Assembly: GCA_051942205.1 (NCBI GenBank)
Contig: JAVECO010000112.1
Coordinates: 1 to 64,000, forward strand
Origin: Coniocarpon cinnabarinum
Taxonomy: Eukaryota
Length of the DNA stretch: 64,000 nucleotides
Direction: 5' to 3'
Shown here one piece after another: positions 1-11,944 of this stretch. A program made the position numbers and the translations under genes. Within the stretch, counting starts at the first letter, position 1; every line of letters starts with the position of its first letter. The notes beneath the pieces were generated by a model. The model was not told the origin of the DNA. It searched no databases and saw only the letters and a program-made list of their open reading frames with translations.

Positions 1-2182
1 GAAGGGGGAGATGCAGGGTGGCAACGGCCAGCAGAGGGGAGGCCGGCGAGGCAGAGGAGGTTGAGGTGAACTCACCGAACGACTGACGCGACGAGATGTG
101 GGCGCTGTCGAGCTGCTTTCGATGGCCACAAGCCAGCAGATTCGTGCCTTCGCGTCAGGCAGTCAGAAAGCCCTTGCCAAGCAATTTCGCACAACCTCCC
201 AGCCGCCCGCGCTAGTCCGCTTCGAGGCGCCTCGCTCGCCATCTCGGAGCGTGGTGGCAGCAGCAGCGCCCTCGCCGGCATGGGAGCCAGGTTGGCGTCT
301 TCGTCACCACGGCGAGCAGAGACAGACATGGAAGAGAAGAGGGTTGCAGGCAGCGGCGGGGGATCCAAAGACAGCATTGGCGCGGCGACACGCGAGCAGA
401 GAGACCTCATCCGTTCGCTCTCCAATACCCTCATTCCACTAGTGGGCTACTAATCACTGTCCCCTTGAAATGCCTGGATGTTGCTGTCTCAACTCGGCGG
501 CCTGCCTCGCTCCTTGCGCGTGCTGCCATCGCCGCGCCCAACAGCAGCAGCAGCAGCGCCTCTTCTCGCGCCTCGTGCCGACTTACGCCTCGTGGTCCCG
601 CCGTGAGAGGGGGATGGAGACGCGGCAGTCAGCGGGCAGGCTAGAGGTCGCATTGTGTATCGGCAGCCCGATCCATCCACAACCACGTTTCTCTTCTGCC
701 CCGCGATCGCGTGTTGCACGTCCCATCCGGCATTCTGCTTCCTGCAATCATACGACCTGTGTCATCCCTCATGTCGGTCCGTCTCTGCATGACGAAATGG
801 CTGCCCGTCAAGCACCCGAGGTGGATGGCTCGCGCACATGACTCGCTGGCTCTCTTGAGCTTCACTGCCGTTGCAATCTGCTCAACGCTGGGCAGGCGAG
901 GCTTGGATGACGTTGGTCAGCAACCTGCTGTGGGTTCTGACTATCGCGAGCTCCTTCGCTTCCACAGTAACGACGTTCGTCACCGTCTATACGCAGAGCA
1001 ATGTTTAATAACGCGTGCAATTGATCACCCAGGCCTGATAGACCATGTGCCCTACTATGCAGCCCCAAATTTCACCGTCATCGAAGACAGATCACTCATT
1101 GCCCTTCTGCGTGTGTGAGAATCTCATTTTGTTGCTGTCAATAGGCAGGCCAGTGATGATTCTCTATGCTGCATAGACCGTGCTGCACCGCAAGCGTCCT
1201 ACGTTTGGAGTCGTGGCTTACTACAATAGGTAAACGTTGAGATCTGCTTGCGTTTGCCCAAAGTTGCGGTCTGGATCAGCCCCATTACCTATAGCGTTAC
1301 TGCATGTCTTCTTGGCACGATCGCGGCACACTGAACAGGCATAGAAAGTCGACTCAGCGCTAACGTCAGACAAGACTTCCAAACGCACATCCACGGAGAA
1401 GTCATCGACCAAAATAGGAAGGCAAACAGCTTGAATTCACGTCGTTTCTAAAAAAGGGAACTCGATATTCATGTCACAACGTACCATCAGATCCTAAGAT
1501 TTGTGGATGCTAGTTTAGGTAATTTAAATAGACGAATGCCCGTATCTGTCTTAATGTGCCTGCTCGTAAGAAGCTCCGTGGTGCTGAAACGAGCGACCGA
1601 GACATGAATGTCCGTTTCGCGCATCATGAGGTACTCCGTAGGGCAGCTGCGCAAAGGCAAGGAAGGGCGCTGGTCTTTATATATTGAGCTAGTTTGCAGT
1701 GGCGAGACCCCTACCTGTATGGCGAAGTTCGTATGTAGTGCCCATCGATTGTCCTGAAGCATGCAGCACGTCCACGACCATTCTCCTGGACCTCATCAGC
1801 TTCCCGCAGAATATGTTGCTGCTGCTGACCATGGACGTTGTGCCAATCGCTGCATTTATACTACTCTCTGCTTTCCCGAAGCATCCCATAACTCTTGGTG
1901 CTCTGTGATCATCAAATCCTTTGTTAGGAAACATGAAAGCACAGGCATCACGTGCACGTTGTTTCTTGGACAGGGTAACGTAAAAGAATGCGATATAGAC
2001 GCTCCTCCACCGAGCGCGTTTGCGTAAACGTCTGCGTAAACGTCTGCTAATTCTATCACTTGATCCCGTAAACACGAGCACGTACGACAAAGCATCGATT
2101 GCGATCCTTTTGCGTTCAAGCACAGTCTTTAAAATCCAGATACAACAGTCGTCACGAGTCCGCATCTTGAATACCCATCGAC

Positions 2183-3521
2183 ATGGGAGACGTCGCAGTC
2201 GAGAATCCCGCGAATGTCGTACCGCCACACAAAAAGCAAGCGACAACGTCCGTGGCTGCCATCACAGACTCCACTGACATCGTCAACACTGACGGTGGCG
2301 ACGAGTATGCTACCTACAAAAAGCTGCAAAGAGAGCTAGAATACATCCAGCTCCAAGAAGAATATATAAAAGATGAACAACGGTGTGTGGTTTGCCTGTC
2401 GAATTTTTATATAAGACTCATCGATAGATGATTCTAATGCTACTTCTAGATCACTCAAACGCGAGTTGGTGCGCGCGCAAGAGGAAATCAAACGAATACA
2501 ATCTGTTCCCCTCGTGATCGGTCAGTTCATGGAAGCCATCGATACCAACACAGGCATCGTTCAATCATCGACCGGATCCAACTACGTTGTCCGCATACTT
2601 TCTACACTCGATCGTGAAAAGCTCAAAGCGTCTTCATCCGTCGCACTTCACCGCCACTCAAATGCCCTGGTCGATATTCTGCCGCCAGAGGCCGACTCCT
2701 CCATCGCTATGCTTGGGTCGGACGAGAAGCCCGACGTGAGCTATGCAGATGTCGGAGGATTAGACATGCAAAAGCAGGAGATCCGCGAAGCGGTTGAATT
2801 GCCGCTTCAACAATTCGACCTCTACAAGCAAATCGGTATCGATCCCCCGCGAGGTGTTCTTCTCTACGGTCCCCCAGGTACCGGCAAGACGATGCTTGTT
2901 AAGGCGGTCGCGCACAGCACAACAGCATCTTTCATCCGCGTCGTTGGATCGGAGTTCGTGCAAAAGTACCTTGGTGAGGGTCCTCGTATGGTCCGAGACG
3001 TGTTCCGAATGGCACGAGAAAACAGCCCAGCTATCATTTTCATCGATGAGATTGATGCCATTGCTACGAAACGATTTGACGCACAGACTGGTGCCGACCG
3101 AGAAGTGCAGCGAATTTTGTTGGAGCTGTTGAATCAGATGGATGGCTTTGACCAAACGTCCAATGTCAAGGTGATCATGGCCACAAATCGAGCAGACACT
3201 TTGGATCCAGCTTTACTGCGACCTGGTCGCCTGGACCGAAAGATCGAATTTCCGTCGTTGCGCGATCGTCGTGAAAGGCGGTTGATATTCACGACCATCG
3301 CAAGTCGCATGAGCTTATCGCCGGAGGTGGACCTGGATTCCTTGATCATTCGCAACGATCCCTTGAGCGGTGCCATCATCGCTGCTATTATGCAAGAGGC
3401 TGGCTTGCGAGCTGTGCGGAAGAACCGATACAACATCATTCAAAGCGACCTCGAAGATGCGTACAGCAGTCAGGTGAGGAACCAGGGCGAGGAGGCCAAC
3501 CGACCGGCCTTCTACACATAG
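2183..3521 (+). CDS. RPT3: 26S proteasome regulatory AAA-ATPase subunit 6B; exons 2183-2382, 2450-3521
   Basis: Walker A GPPGTGKT, Walker [10 protein letters not shown]-terminal coiled coil [23 protein letters not shown] restored by GT-AG intron 2383-2449, [17 protein letters not shown] typical of Rpt3. Confidence 0.97.
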
Positions 3522-3850
3522 ACGGTGGATGAGCGCGCTGGCACATTGCATTGCATTGCAGGGCGTTTACAAGAATGGGCTTGGTCTTGTACAAATGAAA
3601 ACTATACGATAGCCTCGCAGATGGTCTGTGTTCACAAATTCCGCGCGTCCACTCGCAGCACTCGTCCACGCGTCCATGTGTCCATGCGTCCATTCTTTCA
3701 GTCATCTGTATCCCTCTGTTCGCGCTGTGGTCAAAGCATGATGACGCCGTATCGCGGTTCCTGTGTAAGGAATGTGACAAGGCACTAAGATTTAGCATCA
3801 AGATCGTGCCCCAGCCACGTGGGTGACAGATCTCCGAGTTCACTTCCGAG

Positions 3851-3866
3851 ACGCGTCTCGACGCGT
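3851..3866. promoter_or_regulatory. Tandem MCB (ACGCGT) boxes upstream of ECO1
   Basis: ACGCGT at 3851-3856 and 3861-3866, about 105 bp before the ECO1 ATG; a third at 3668-3673. Confidence 0.6.
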
Positions 3867-3970
3867 CCCCCCACTCTTCGAAGAATCTGTACTTTGACGT
3901 GCCCCCCCTAGTTTGTACACTGGCTTGTCTTCTGACTTCTATCGTATTTCATGGATCCGTGACACGGAAA

Positions 3971-5188
3971 ATGCCAATAATCTACACGCGCAAGCGCAGA
4001 CGCCTGTCTTCAACTCCCTCACCAGCCAAACGCACCTCTCCACCTAAGCGTAATCCCCTCACTGAACTCGCCAATACCCCTACTACCGTGCACGATCGTC
4101 GTCCTTCAAAAGTCCAACGCATCACAAATACCTTTCTCGAAAACTCCGCACGTTCAGTACCTGCGACGTCTACATCTGCGACGTGTAAAAGCAAAGAAGA
4201 AGCACAGCCTCGAAAACTAAAACAACTCGTCCTTGACCTGGGCGGTAATCCCCAGAAACAATGTCGAATCTGCGGGATGCGTTATGTCCCATCTCAAGCC
4301 AACGACGCTGCATTGCACACCAAACACCATGATACCTTCCTAAACGGCGAGATTATATCTGCTTGCTTGCGAGAAAGTTGCACGATTCTGCAGAAATACA
4401 CGCCGATAACGATGGGGATGCGTGGAAAGAGGGGCGTAGGAAGGAATAAATGGGTGGAAGAGGAAGATGCGATTGTCCGGGTTGATGGAAAGAGTAGGGG
4501 ACGGAAGGTTGTGGAGAGGGTTATGGAACGGGTCGAAGGTGAATTGGGGGCTGTAGCTTTGGATAGGGAGGAGCTGTGGGGGACTATCCACAGCAGCAAG
4601 ACTCAAACTTTGCGCACGCAGAAGAATAGACGGTCACTGGAAGAGAAAACGGCACTGCCAACGCCGCCAACTTCGTCGTCACCTGCGCCAGACGAAGACG
4701 GAGACGGAGCAATCCCAGAGAACCAGCCAAGGTTTGCAGCGTTCTTATATCTACACGGGACTCGTGTCATCGGACTATGTCTCGCTGAGCAGATTCACTC
4801 AGCAAGTTGGATGATCCCTCTGACATTATCCCATCACGCGACCAGCGAAAACACAGACCAGGATCTCGATCCCTCCACTCCAATTAAACTTACGGCACCT
4901 GAGGCGCTGAACGTGGGCATTGCAAGAATATGGGTGTTGCCAGGGGCTCGACGCAAAGGCATAGCCGCAAGACTGCTGGATAGCGTCGCAGCTAATGGAG
5001 TGACTGAGGGGGACACGAGCGGAAAAGGTCAGGACGAGGACAGCGATGGAAGAAGGCAATCTGGTATTGCTTTTAGTCAGTTGACTGGACAAGGAGAGAA
5101 GCTAGCCAGAGCCTGGATCAGCAGAGCAGAGAAAGATGTGAGAGTGCTCGTGTATGATGAGAGTGGCGCAGTGCCCGAGGTACGGTAG
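3971..5188 (+). CDS. ECO1: Sister-chromatid cohesion N-acetyltransferase Eco1
   Basis: PIP-like QLVLDLG, C2H2 finger CRICGMRY...HTKHH, GNAT motifs GIARIWV..RRKGIAARLLD and IAFSQLT.QG; first ATG at 3971. Confidence 0.92.
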   Translation: MPIIYTRKRRRLSSTPSPAKRTSPPKRNPLTELANTPTTVHDRRPSKVQRITNTFLENSARSVPATSTSATCKSKEEAQPRKLKQLVLDLGGNPQKQCRICGMRYVPSQANDAALHTKHHDTFLNGEIISACLRESCTILQKYTPITMGMRGKRGVGRNKWVEEEDAIVRVDGKSRGRKVVERVMERVEGELGAVALDREELWGTIHSSKTQTLRTQKNRRSLEEKTALPTPPTSSSPAPDEDGDGAIPENQPRFAAFLYLHGTRVIGLCLAEQIHSASWMIPLTLSHHATSENTDQDLDPSTPIKLTAPEALNVGIARIWVLPGARRKGIAARLLDSVAANGVTEGDTSGKGQDEDSDGRRQSGIAFSQLTGQGEKLARAWISRAEKDVRVLVYDESGAVPEVR

Positions 5189-5727
5189 AAGGTACGTAGA
5201 AGCGAAAGAATTCTACAAGGCGGTGAAACTCGTGAAACTCGAATTATAAATATACAAGAGGCGTGAAGAACGTCCACACTCTCAAAGCACTGGATTTAGC
5301 ACAAGTCAACAACACCACGTGTGGATATCTCTTCGTCTTCATGAATCCTCCTTATTCCTATTGCATCGTCATTCGTTGCGCTCCTCTTGTCTTCATCAAC
5401 CTTCATGGGAACCTTTGTCTCTCACACCACAACCACTGGCGCAACGTAATCAGGTTTTAGACCCACTTAATTTCTTAATAAGTGCGGAACACAACCTCCC
5501 TGACCTTATACAAAGAAGGGTCTTTCCATGAAAGCTCAAGGGTCCGTCGAGTGCGCTTCTCTGGTTGGTTGAGCTAGGCGAGTTGTCGTCTGAGCCTGCG
5601 GCATCCCCGCAGTGACCATGTGTGATTGGTGACAGTAGAATCCTGCTCTGTCCTAGATTCTCACATGGAAAGTAAATGTAATCCTGTGCGCTTCACATGT
5701 ATACCTAGAAGACTGAAACGAGCCCAA

Positions 5728-7545
5728 TCACTCACTTAAAGCAGGCCGGTAACGAAAAGGGTGCGCCTCGGTGTTCAGAACAAACTCGTCCAAGCTCACG
5801 ACATCAGGCTCACTGAACACCAGGTAGAAATACTTGAGCGTTTCAGCAAACCAAAAGCTCTCCATTCGATCTGTGCGCCCATCCACGCCAGGGGTGATGC
5901 AATCACTCAGCGCTGCTGCACCAATAGCTGTCTTCGTCTCACGAACGATAGACTCGAACATCTTCCAAGCTTGATCTTGTAGGGACTGATCGCCCGTCAT
6001 ACGATAAAGCACAAAAACGCTCTCGATAGCCTCAGGCCGCAGCCCATAGCGCGTGTCATCAATTGCGGATACACCCTTGGGGAGATGATTAAACTGTATC
6101 TTTTCTTCCACGCTTGGTTGAGCGTCGTTCGTCCACGCAACAACTTCTTGGTGCCAGATCTTCTCGTCAAACTTGCAGACGCGTTTCTCGTCTTTGCAAT
6201 AGGCTGCGTGCATGATTTCAGGCATGATGCCTCGTGGCATTACATCGTATGCCCATGCGCAGCCCTCCGTGAGTTGTCGAGCCAGCTCAATGTCACCTGG
6301 CTTGGAAAAGGCGCGAGAGCCGAGGCCTACCATGCCTCCCACAAAGCAAGTGAGATGCTGCGCGCGTGGGTCAAGAACTATTTTGCCATCGAAGTCTAGA
6401 GCAGCCTGTCCGATCAGGCGCACGTCAGAACTGTCTGTGGTCATCGGCCTGAAGACCAGATGCTTTTTGACAGGTATCATTGCATTATTGTAAAGCTTTT
6501 CATACTGATCTGTGGCACCATTCAGAAGTAAATGCATTTTCGGCATATACTCGTAGAGCGAATCAACCATACCACCGAGTGTGAAAAGATTGCCTCTCCT
6601 GAACTCGAGATTTAGAGGATCCACTTGTATTGGGAAAAGTCCGGGGATGAGAGTCTGCTGTTGCTGCTCCTGCAAATGATCTGTGATGCGTTTCACTGCA
6701 TCGTAATATTTGTCGTCCCCTGTAAGCTGCGCCAGGTGGGTAAGCTCCAGGTTCAAAGAACCCAGTTCAGCGATGAGCATCATATCAGGGGCATGCTGCT
6801 TCTCGCCAGCCTTGGCTGCTTGGAAGTCCCAGCGAGTGATGGGCATACGGTTTGGCGTGTCAAACGCTTTGTATACCATCTCGCCGAGCTCAATAGCCTT
6901 GTCGAGCAAAGTTGAATACTTGCCTTCGGTGAGGTCGTACGCACCAAGCAAGCCTCCCATATAGCGGATGACTGTCTCGAACACATTGAGCTGTTGCAGC
7001 GCGCACGTGCTGAAATCGATCTTCTCAACCCTTTCCATAGCGTCATCGAAGTCTTTCTCGAAGCCCATGATCCAGAGGGTGTCAAGGCTGTCCACGAGGG
7101 TCGCAGCCCAGCCCCCGAAATGATCATAGCTTCCAGCGGATAACGGGCCTACTTCGTCTTTGCCCCAGGCAAATTCTTTGTATCCATGCCAAGAATGCGA
7201 GAAGTTACTCCGTACAGCTTCCAACCTCTGCAGACGGACATGCCTCACCTCTGGACTCTCTTGGTGGAACGCGTGCTGTATGCGCGGAAGCGAAGAGGCG
7301 TATCCGGTGGGTAGAGGAACAATCGATGACACCGGGTAATGCTGTACGACCGTGGACCACTGGAAATTGGCACCCTTTGCGGGACGGGCAGCGTAGGGAG
7401 AGCCATCTTTGCTAGAGAACAGTGGCCGTCCTCGTCCGATTGAGATATACCGGGCAATGATGCTGTCGTTACTGGAATGGACATACCAGATGACGAATAG
7501 GGCTAAGACGGCAAGTAGCGACAGCCAACGCCGGGGGATCAGCAT
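5728..7545 (-). CDS. Glycoside hydrolase family 47 class I alpha-1,2-mannosidase (type II membrane)
   Basis: N-terminal TM; GGWAATLVDSLDTL, FETVIRYMGGLL, DSLYEY, LRPEAIES, MESFWFAETLKYFYL, NTEAHP. Confidence 0.95.
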   Translation of the reverse strand: MLIPRRWLSLLAVLALFVIWYVHSSNDSIIARYISIGRGRPLFSSKDGSPYAARPAKGANFQWSTVVQHYPVSSIVPLPTGYASSLPRIQHAFHQESPEVRHVRLQRLEAVRSNFSHSWHGYKEFAWGKDEVGPLSAGSYDHFGGWAATLVDSLDTLWIMGFEKDFDDAMERVEKIDFSTCALQQLNVFETVIRYMGGLLGAYDLTEGKYSTLLDKAIELGEMVYKAFDTPNRMPITRWDFQAAKAGEKQHAPDMMLIAELGSLNLELTHLAQLTGDDKYYDAVKRITDHLQEQQQQTLIPGLFPIQVDPLNLEFRRGNLFTLGGMVDSLYEYMPKMHLLLNGATDQYEKLYNNAMIPVKKHLVFRPMTTDSSDVRLIGQAALDFDGKIVLDPRAQHLTCFVGGMVGLGSRAFSKPGDIELARQLTEGCAWAYDVMPRGIMPEIMHAAYCKDEKRVCKFDEKIWHQEVVAWTNDAQPSVEEKIQFNHLPKGVSAIDDTRYGLRPEAIESVFVLYRMTGDQSLQDQAWKMFESIVRETKTAIGAAALSDCITPGVDGRTDRMESFWFAETLKYFYLVFSEPDVVSLDEFVLNTEAHPFRYRPALSE

Positions 7546-7996
7546 GACGAGGCCGGTTCGCGTCAGCCCTGGCCGTTATGAGGCGCACGACGAATGTTGC
7601 AGCTTCCGGACCTCATCCTCTAATGCTCCACCACACGCACGAGGATAGAGATAGACTCGACGAGACGGCGGTCAATATGAGCTTGATAGATTGCATGCAA
7701 GGACGGCATCACTGTTAGGTTGCTGGAGGTCATTACGGCCCGACCTAATTGGGAAGGCACGGCATCTGGCCAATCGTGAGCCATGACTTATGTTGCGGTT
7801 CAGAATCGATGCACAATTACTTTTCATTGCAGGCAGATGCGATGCTGTTCTTCATACACTCACACAATAGCGTAGACTAAGACATATACTCACCAGAAAA
7901 TCGCCTAGATTTGAGATCAGCAAAGTCCCCCGGCACGGCGCACGTTCTTGACAAGCGACAGGCCCTACAGCGCAGACGTCGGCAGCGCGAGGGAAA

Positions 7997-9618
7997 TTAA
8001 AGATTTGGATCCTCATCTTTATGCGTCTCATCCTCCTTGCTTTCTCCCGGTATACGCTCCATTTGATCCTCGCCTTCAATCGCTGTAGCCGACAAGCCAT
8101 GTCTCTGCAGCCACTGCCGCCGTAGTATCTCATACAAGAAGTGGTACTGAGTCTCTCCCTGGACCATCATCATCCGCTGCTTCCTGAGCTCATTTACTGT
8201 GTCGAAGATGCAGTCCGTATCAGTAGAGATCTCGTCGAAGGCGTGATCCTTCATTTCGTTCAGTAGAAAGTCTAGCGCGATGAACGTTCCTGAACGGCCA
8301 ACACCGGCACTACAGTGTACAACCCGCGGATTCTCCGCATCCCCAGCTACGCGACCACTTTCCCTGACAAGCTCAAGTAACGCTGCTCGATCATCATTTT
8401 CAGGGATCAAGAAGTCTGGCCAGCCCTCGAAAAGATAATGCCAAACAATTTTGTCTTTCCCCTCGACCTCGAGGCGTAGTTTGCGGATTGTTGATCTCGT
8501 TTTCTCCTCATAACGCGTCTCGAGTAAGACCACGCGCGCCTGAAATGAAGTATTGATGTTACCCTCAGGTCGATCCACTGGAGCCAAGCTTTCGTCCACT
8601 TGTGACCTGGTTCCTACTTCCTGCTCATCTCCGGCCACTCTTTCTGATGCCTGAATCGCATCAGAAGAATGTTTTGACGGATTTATTTCAAGACAGTCAT
8701 TTTGCAGGTCTTGGGGAAAGTAAGCAAAGCATTTTTCGCGACCGAAGTCATGAGTCTGCGTGAGCATGATGATGACGCCAACGGCTCCTGTTGATTCCCA
8801 CATCATTTGCCAGAAATGCTGCGAGGATGATTCTTTAGGGCCCTAGCCAGTTAGTCGTCAGCGCTTATTGCCAGAGGAGACTGATAGCGACAAAAGTGTC
8901 GTTCGATTGTTGAGCTTCTACGGGGCGCTTACCTGGGTAGCAATATATTGCTGCAGCTTTCCATCGCCAGTTCGTTTCATGCGAATAGGGGAAGCGTTGA
9001 TATAATCGCATTCGCCTTGAGCAACGCGCAACCTGACGCGATTGTTGGCCCATGGATCTATGTTGAAGTACCTGTTGCGCTGCAGAACTTCTGAACTCGA
9101 AAGTCGAGCCCATTGCGCCGCGTCCCGGTCGGTCGAAGAGCCCTTATTAATTCGCTCGCGTTGTTGCACTTCAAGGTCTATGAATTTTTTGGTTATTTCT
9201 AAGTGCTGTTAGCAGATGAGGAACGTGTAAACCACCTGTGTGGAGGTGAGTGTTACCGACCTGCCCGTGATAGTTGAAGAAACGCGGGTGCTTGAGACGG
9301 AGACTCAGCCTCCTTCAGAACAGGTGACATGCTAGACGCTCTGGAGGAGCGTGAACTCCAAAACCCTCTGGGGGACGGGGATCGCACGCTGTTTAGGCGA
9401 TTGTGGAATTTTGCCGACAGGCGCTGGAAACCTTCATGTACACGGGGAGACCGAGGCCTCCTGCTGCTTGGATCGTCCAGATTGGGCAGCAATTGTCTTC
9501 CACACGACTTCTCCAGATATAGAAGCCGAGGGCCAGGATAGCCACGCCCAGCGCACACGTTAGGTCTTAACGGAACATGTGTTCTCAGCAGAGCATGGTG
9601 GCTGATGGCTCGACACAT
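7997..9618 (-). CDS. Classical protein tyrosine phosphatase (Ptp1-like); exons ~9618-9261, 9198-8933, 8842-7997
   Basis: RNRYFNI, DYINAS, YIATQ|GPKE joined across an intron, WPD loop, HCSAGVGRSG, QRMMMVQ; start codon uncertain. Confidence 0.92.
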
Positions 9619-10715
9619 GCACTTCAGCTTCCAACCAATTTCGGCAACGCGGTGCAGGACGTCAGTTGTATGAGAAACCCCGGCAGCATGCCAATTGAAA
9701 GGAACGTTCTGGCTTTGTTGCTATCTGAAGTCTGTGCGCGCCATTAGGAGACCCAGTGGCGAGTACCGCAACCTATCTGGTGTTTGCAACTGCACGCCGT
9801 CCAAGAAAATCATGCTGACTACGATGCTGGTAATCAACAGGAGAAGCAACTCAAGGCTTCGCCATCTCAGTCATCCAAGACGCAGATGAGAAGGATCAAC
9901 CCGTCATTCCGTAAACCTTCAGTTGTTTTAGCCCTGACTGCTGTGCTGCCACCCTGCGTCTGAGTCTCGGGCATTCGGGTCATATAGATCCGTATCTCTC
10001 AACCGCATCTGGGAGCGTTGGCGGCCGATCGTCAACGCAGTGGCGGTCACATTTGATGTAAGATCCGCCATCTGATCTCGCGGCCAAACCCTACTGATTC
10101 GTCTCTCTTCTCGTATTGTGTTGTCTCTTTGGAACACTTTCTTCAGGATGTGGCCGGTGCTAGAGGTGCGTAGGCAGCGCTGTCTTTACGTTTGATGCAT
10201 GAAGATACAAGATACCTACGGTACTGATTATTTTCTCTTCCAGGCATGGCTCACGCAGCAGGTACCTGCCATAATCCCTGCTTTGTCGATGCAGTACTTA
10301 CTGACGGACGCAGCTTCTGAGGCAGCCTGGTTTCCACCGCGCTGTCGGTTTTCTCCACAAGAATGTCCACAGACTACGCTATGGGCAGCCTCCAGAGGAG
10401 ATGGGCGGCACAAAGATCGACAACAAGAAGTCTTCACTCTCTAAACATTTTTTGGATGAATTGCAAAATCAAGTCAAAGAGCTGAAACCGGGCTTTCGAT
10501 CTAAGCGATGAAGTGTCTCAGTCGACAGGAAAGCGACCTTGTCTGCGCACAGCAACGGCGGCTACAAAGGCACCTTCGGACCTGGAAAGTCACAAAAGCG
10601 CAGGCGCAAGAATAAACTCATCACGGATTTTGAAAGCACCTTAGACGCTGGATTGTGCTTCGTGCATGCGAGAAGCGAATGGCGTGCTTTGCCAGAGAAC
10701 AGAAACGAGCGAGTG

Positions 10716-11571
10716 TCAGTCGTTGCGTTTGTTCTTGCCAACTCCGTCGGGCCCAGGCGCTTCTGCTGGTGCCTTCGTCTCTGTCGAGACAGTCTCTCCG
10801 TTGGCGTGAGGGGTTTCCTCCTCGTCCCATTCGTCGGCTGCGTTCTCATCCCAGTTCTCAAGCTCTTCATCTATGGTCGATTCGCGCTGACCAGAGCTCG
10901 TGACACCACTCTCTTGTCGGCTCATGTTCTCGTCCAGCTCCATGCTACTCGGTCCAGCTTCTTCATCACCCGAAACAGTGTGGTAGGGCTTCGAGGCTCT
11001 TCTGCGTTCGAGCATTCGTCTGTGGTACACAGTGCACAGGCCGAGGCCAAGCAAAGAGCCAACGATATTGGATACGATGTCAAGATAATCGAATTCGCGG
11101 TCATTCTGATGACGGTAAGCTATGCGCTCAGTCATGAAGCTCCTGTGCTCTCGACAACGTTGCTTACTGGTATAAGACCTTGCAGTACTTCCGAGCCGCA
11201 TCCAAGCACACCCGTGACTACGACGAGAGTGATATGAGTCACTCTTCTTCGACTGGTGTCGAGAATCCAATAAAATGTCAGCTGATAGGGAGGTTCAGTG
11301 TTAGCCGGGTTTTTACGATGCGCCGGAATGCGTGAACCAAGTACCGTGAGGAAGAAGAAAGTCAGAAAGTGAAGACCCTTGTCGGTGTGCTGGTAGGGAG
11401 TATAGGTGGAGATGTCGACTTTCCAGAGACCGAGATAGCCAGATGCAAGGAGAAGGATCGCAAAGCCCGCTGTACGTTTCCTCAGCGATAGTTCAAGTAT
11501 TCCGAGCTTCATTACTTGTTGTTCTCTGCATCGGGTGTAGGCTTACCGGCGAATTCACTTCGCACGCGCAT
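10716..11571 (-). CDS. VanZ-like membrane protein; exons 11571-11547, 11469-11345, 11281-11168, 11105-10716
   Basis: Spliced product MRVRSEFAAGFAILL...DKGLHFLTFFFLTLTFYW...SEVLQGLIP-NDREFDYLDIVSNIVGS carries the VanZ DK..HF / SE..Q / R.FD..D...N pattern; acidic tail. Confidence 0.85.
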
Positions 11572-11944
11572 CACGCCCAGATTGGGTCTGTGAGCTTCCC
11601 TATTTGACAGGGAACACGCGCATCGGATGTTGACAAGCGTGTGTGAACTGACAGGTGGTTTGTTCAGCAATGCGTTGACCAAGGTCGCCTATAGAAGGAC
11701 CGAGTGCCTTGTTTTTAAAGACCGACACCCTTGCTTGCGCTTCAAACCATCTTCATCGGCCCAGCACTTCATTGACCGCCCACTTTGGTCATCAATAGTT
11801 CGTGCAATTCCGTCCGGATTCAATGACAATTCGAAATTCACATTCGTCGAGTCGGGCGCCGTCATCTAAAGGTGCACATTGCTGCCCTTTCTTACGAACA
11901 GACCCTGCACACCTCTCCGCTCTACTCTATGCCCCCCAGCAAAC

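Noticed and set aside
1..2100. Multiple 60-185 aa ORFs on both strands
   Set aside because: No recognisable motif or consistent exon chain; probably UTR, promoter or degenerate DNA, although a gene extending out of the window cannot be excluded
5300..5530. Protein-like stretch on the minus strand between ECO1 and GH47
   Set aside because: Interrupted by stops and no identifiable family
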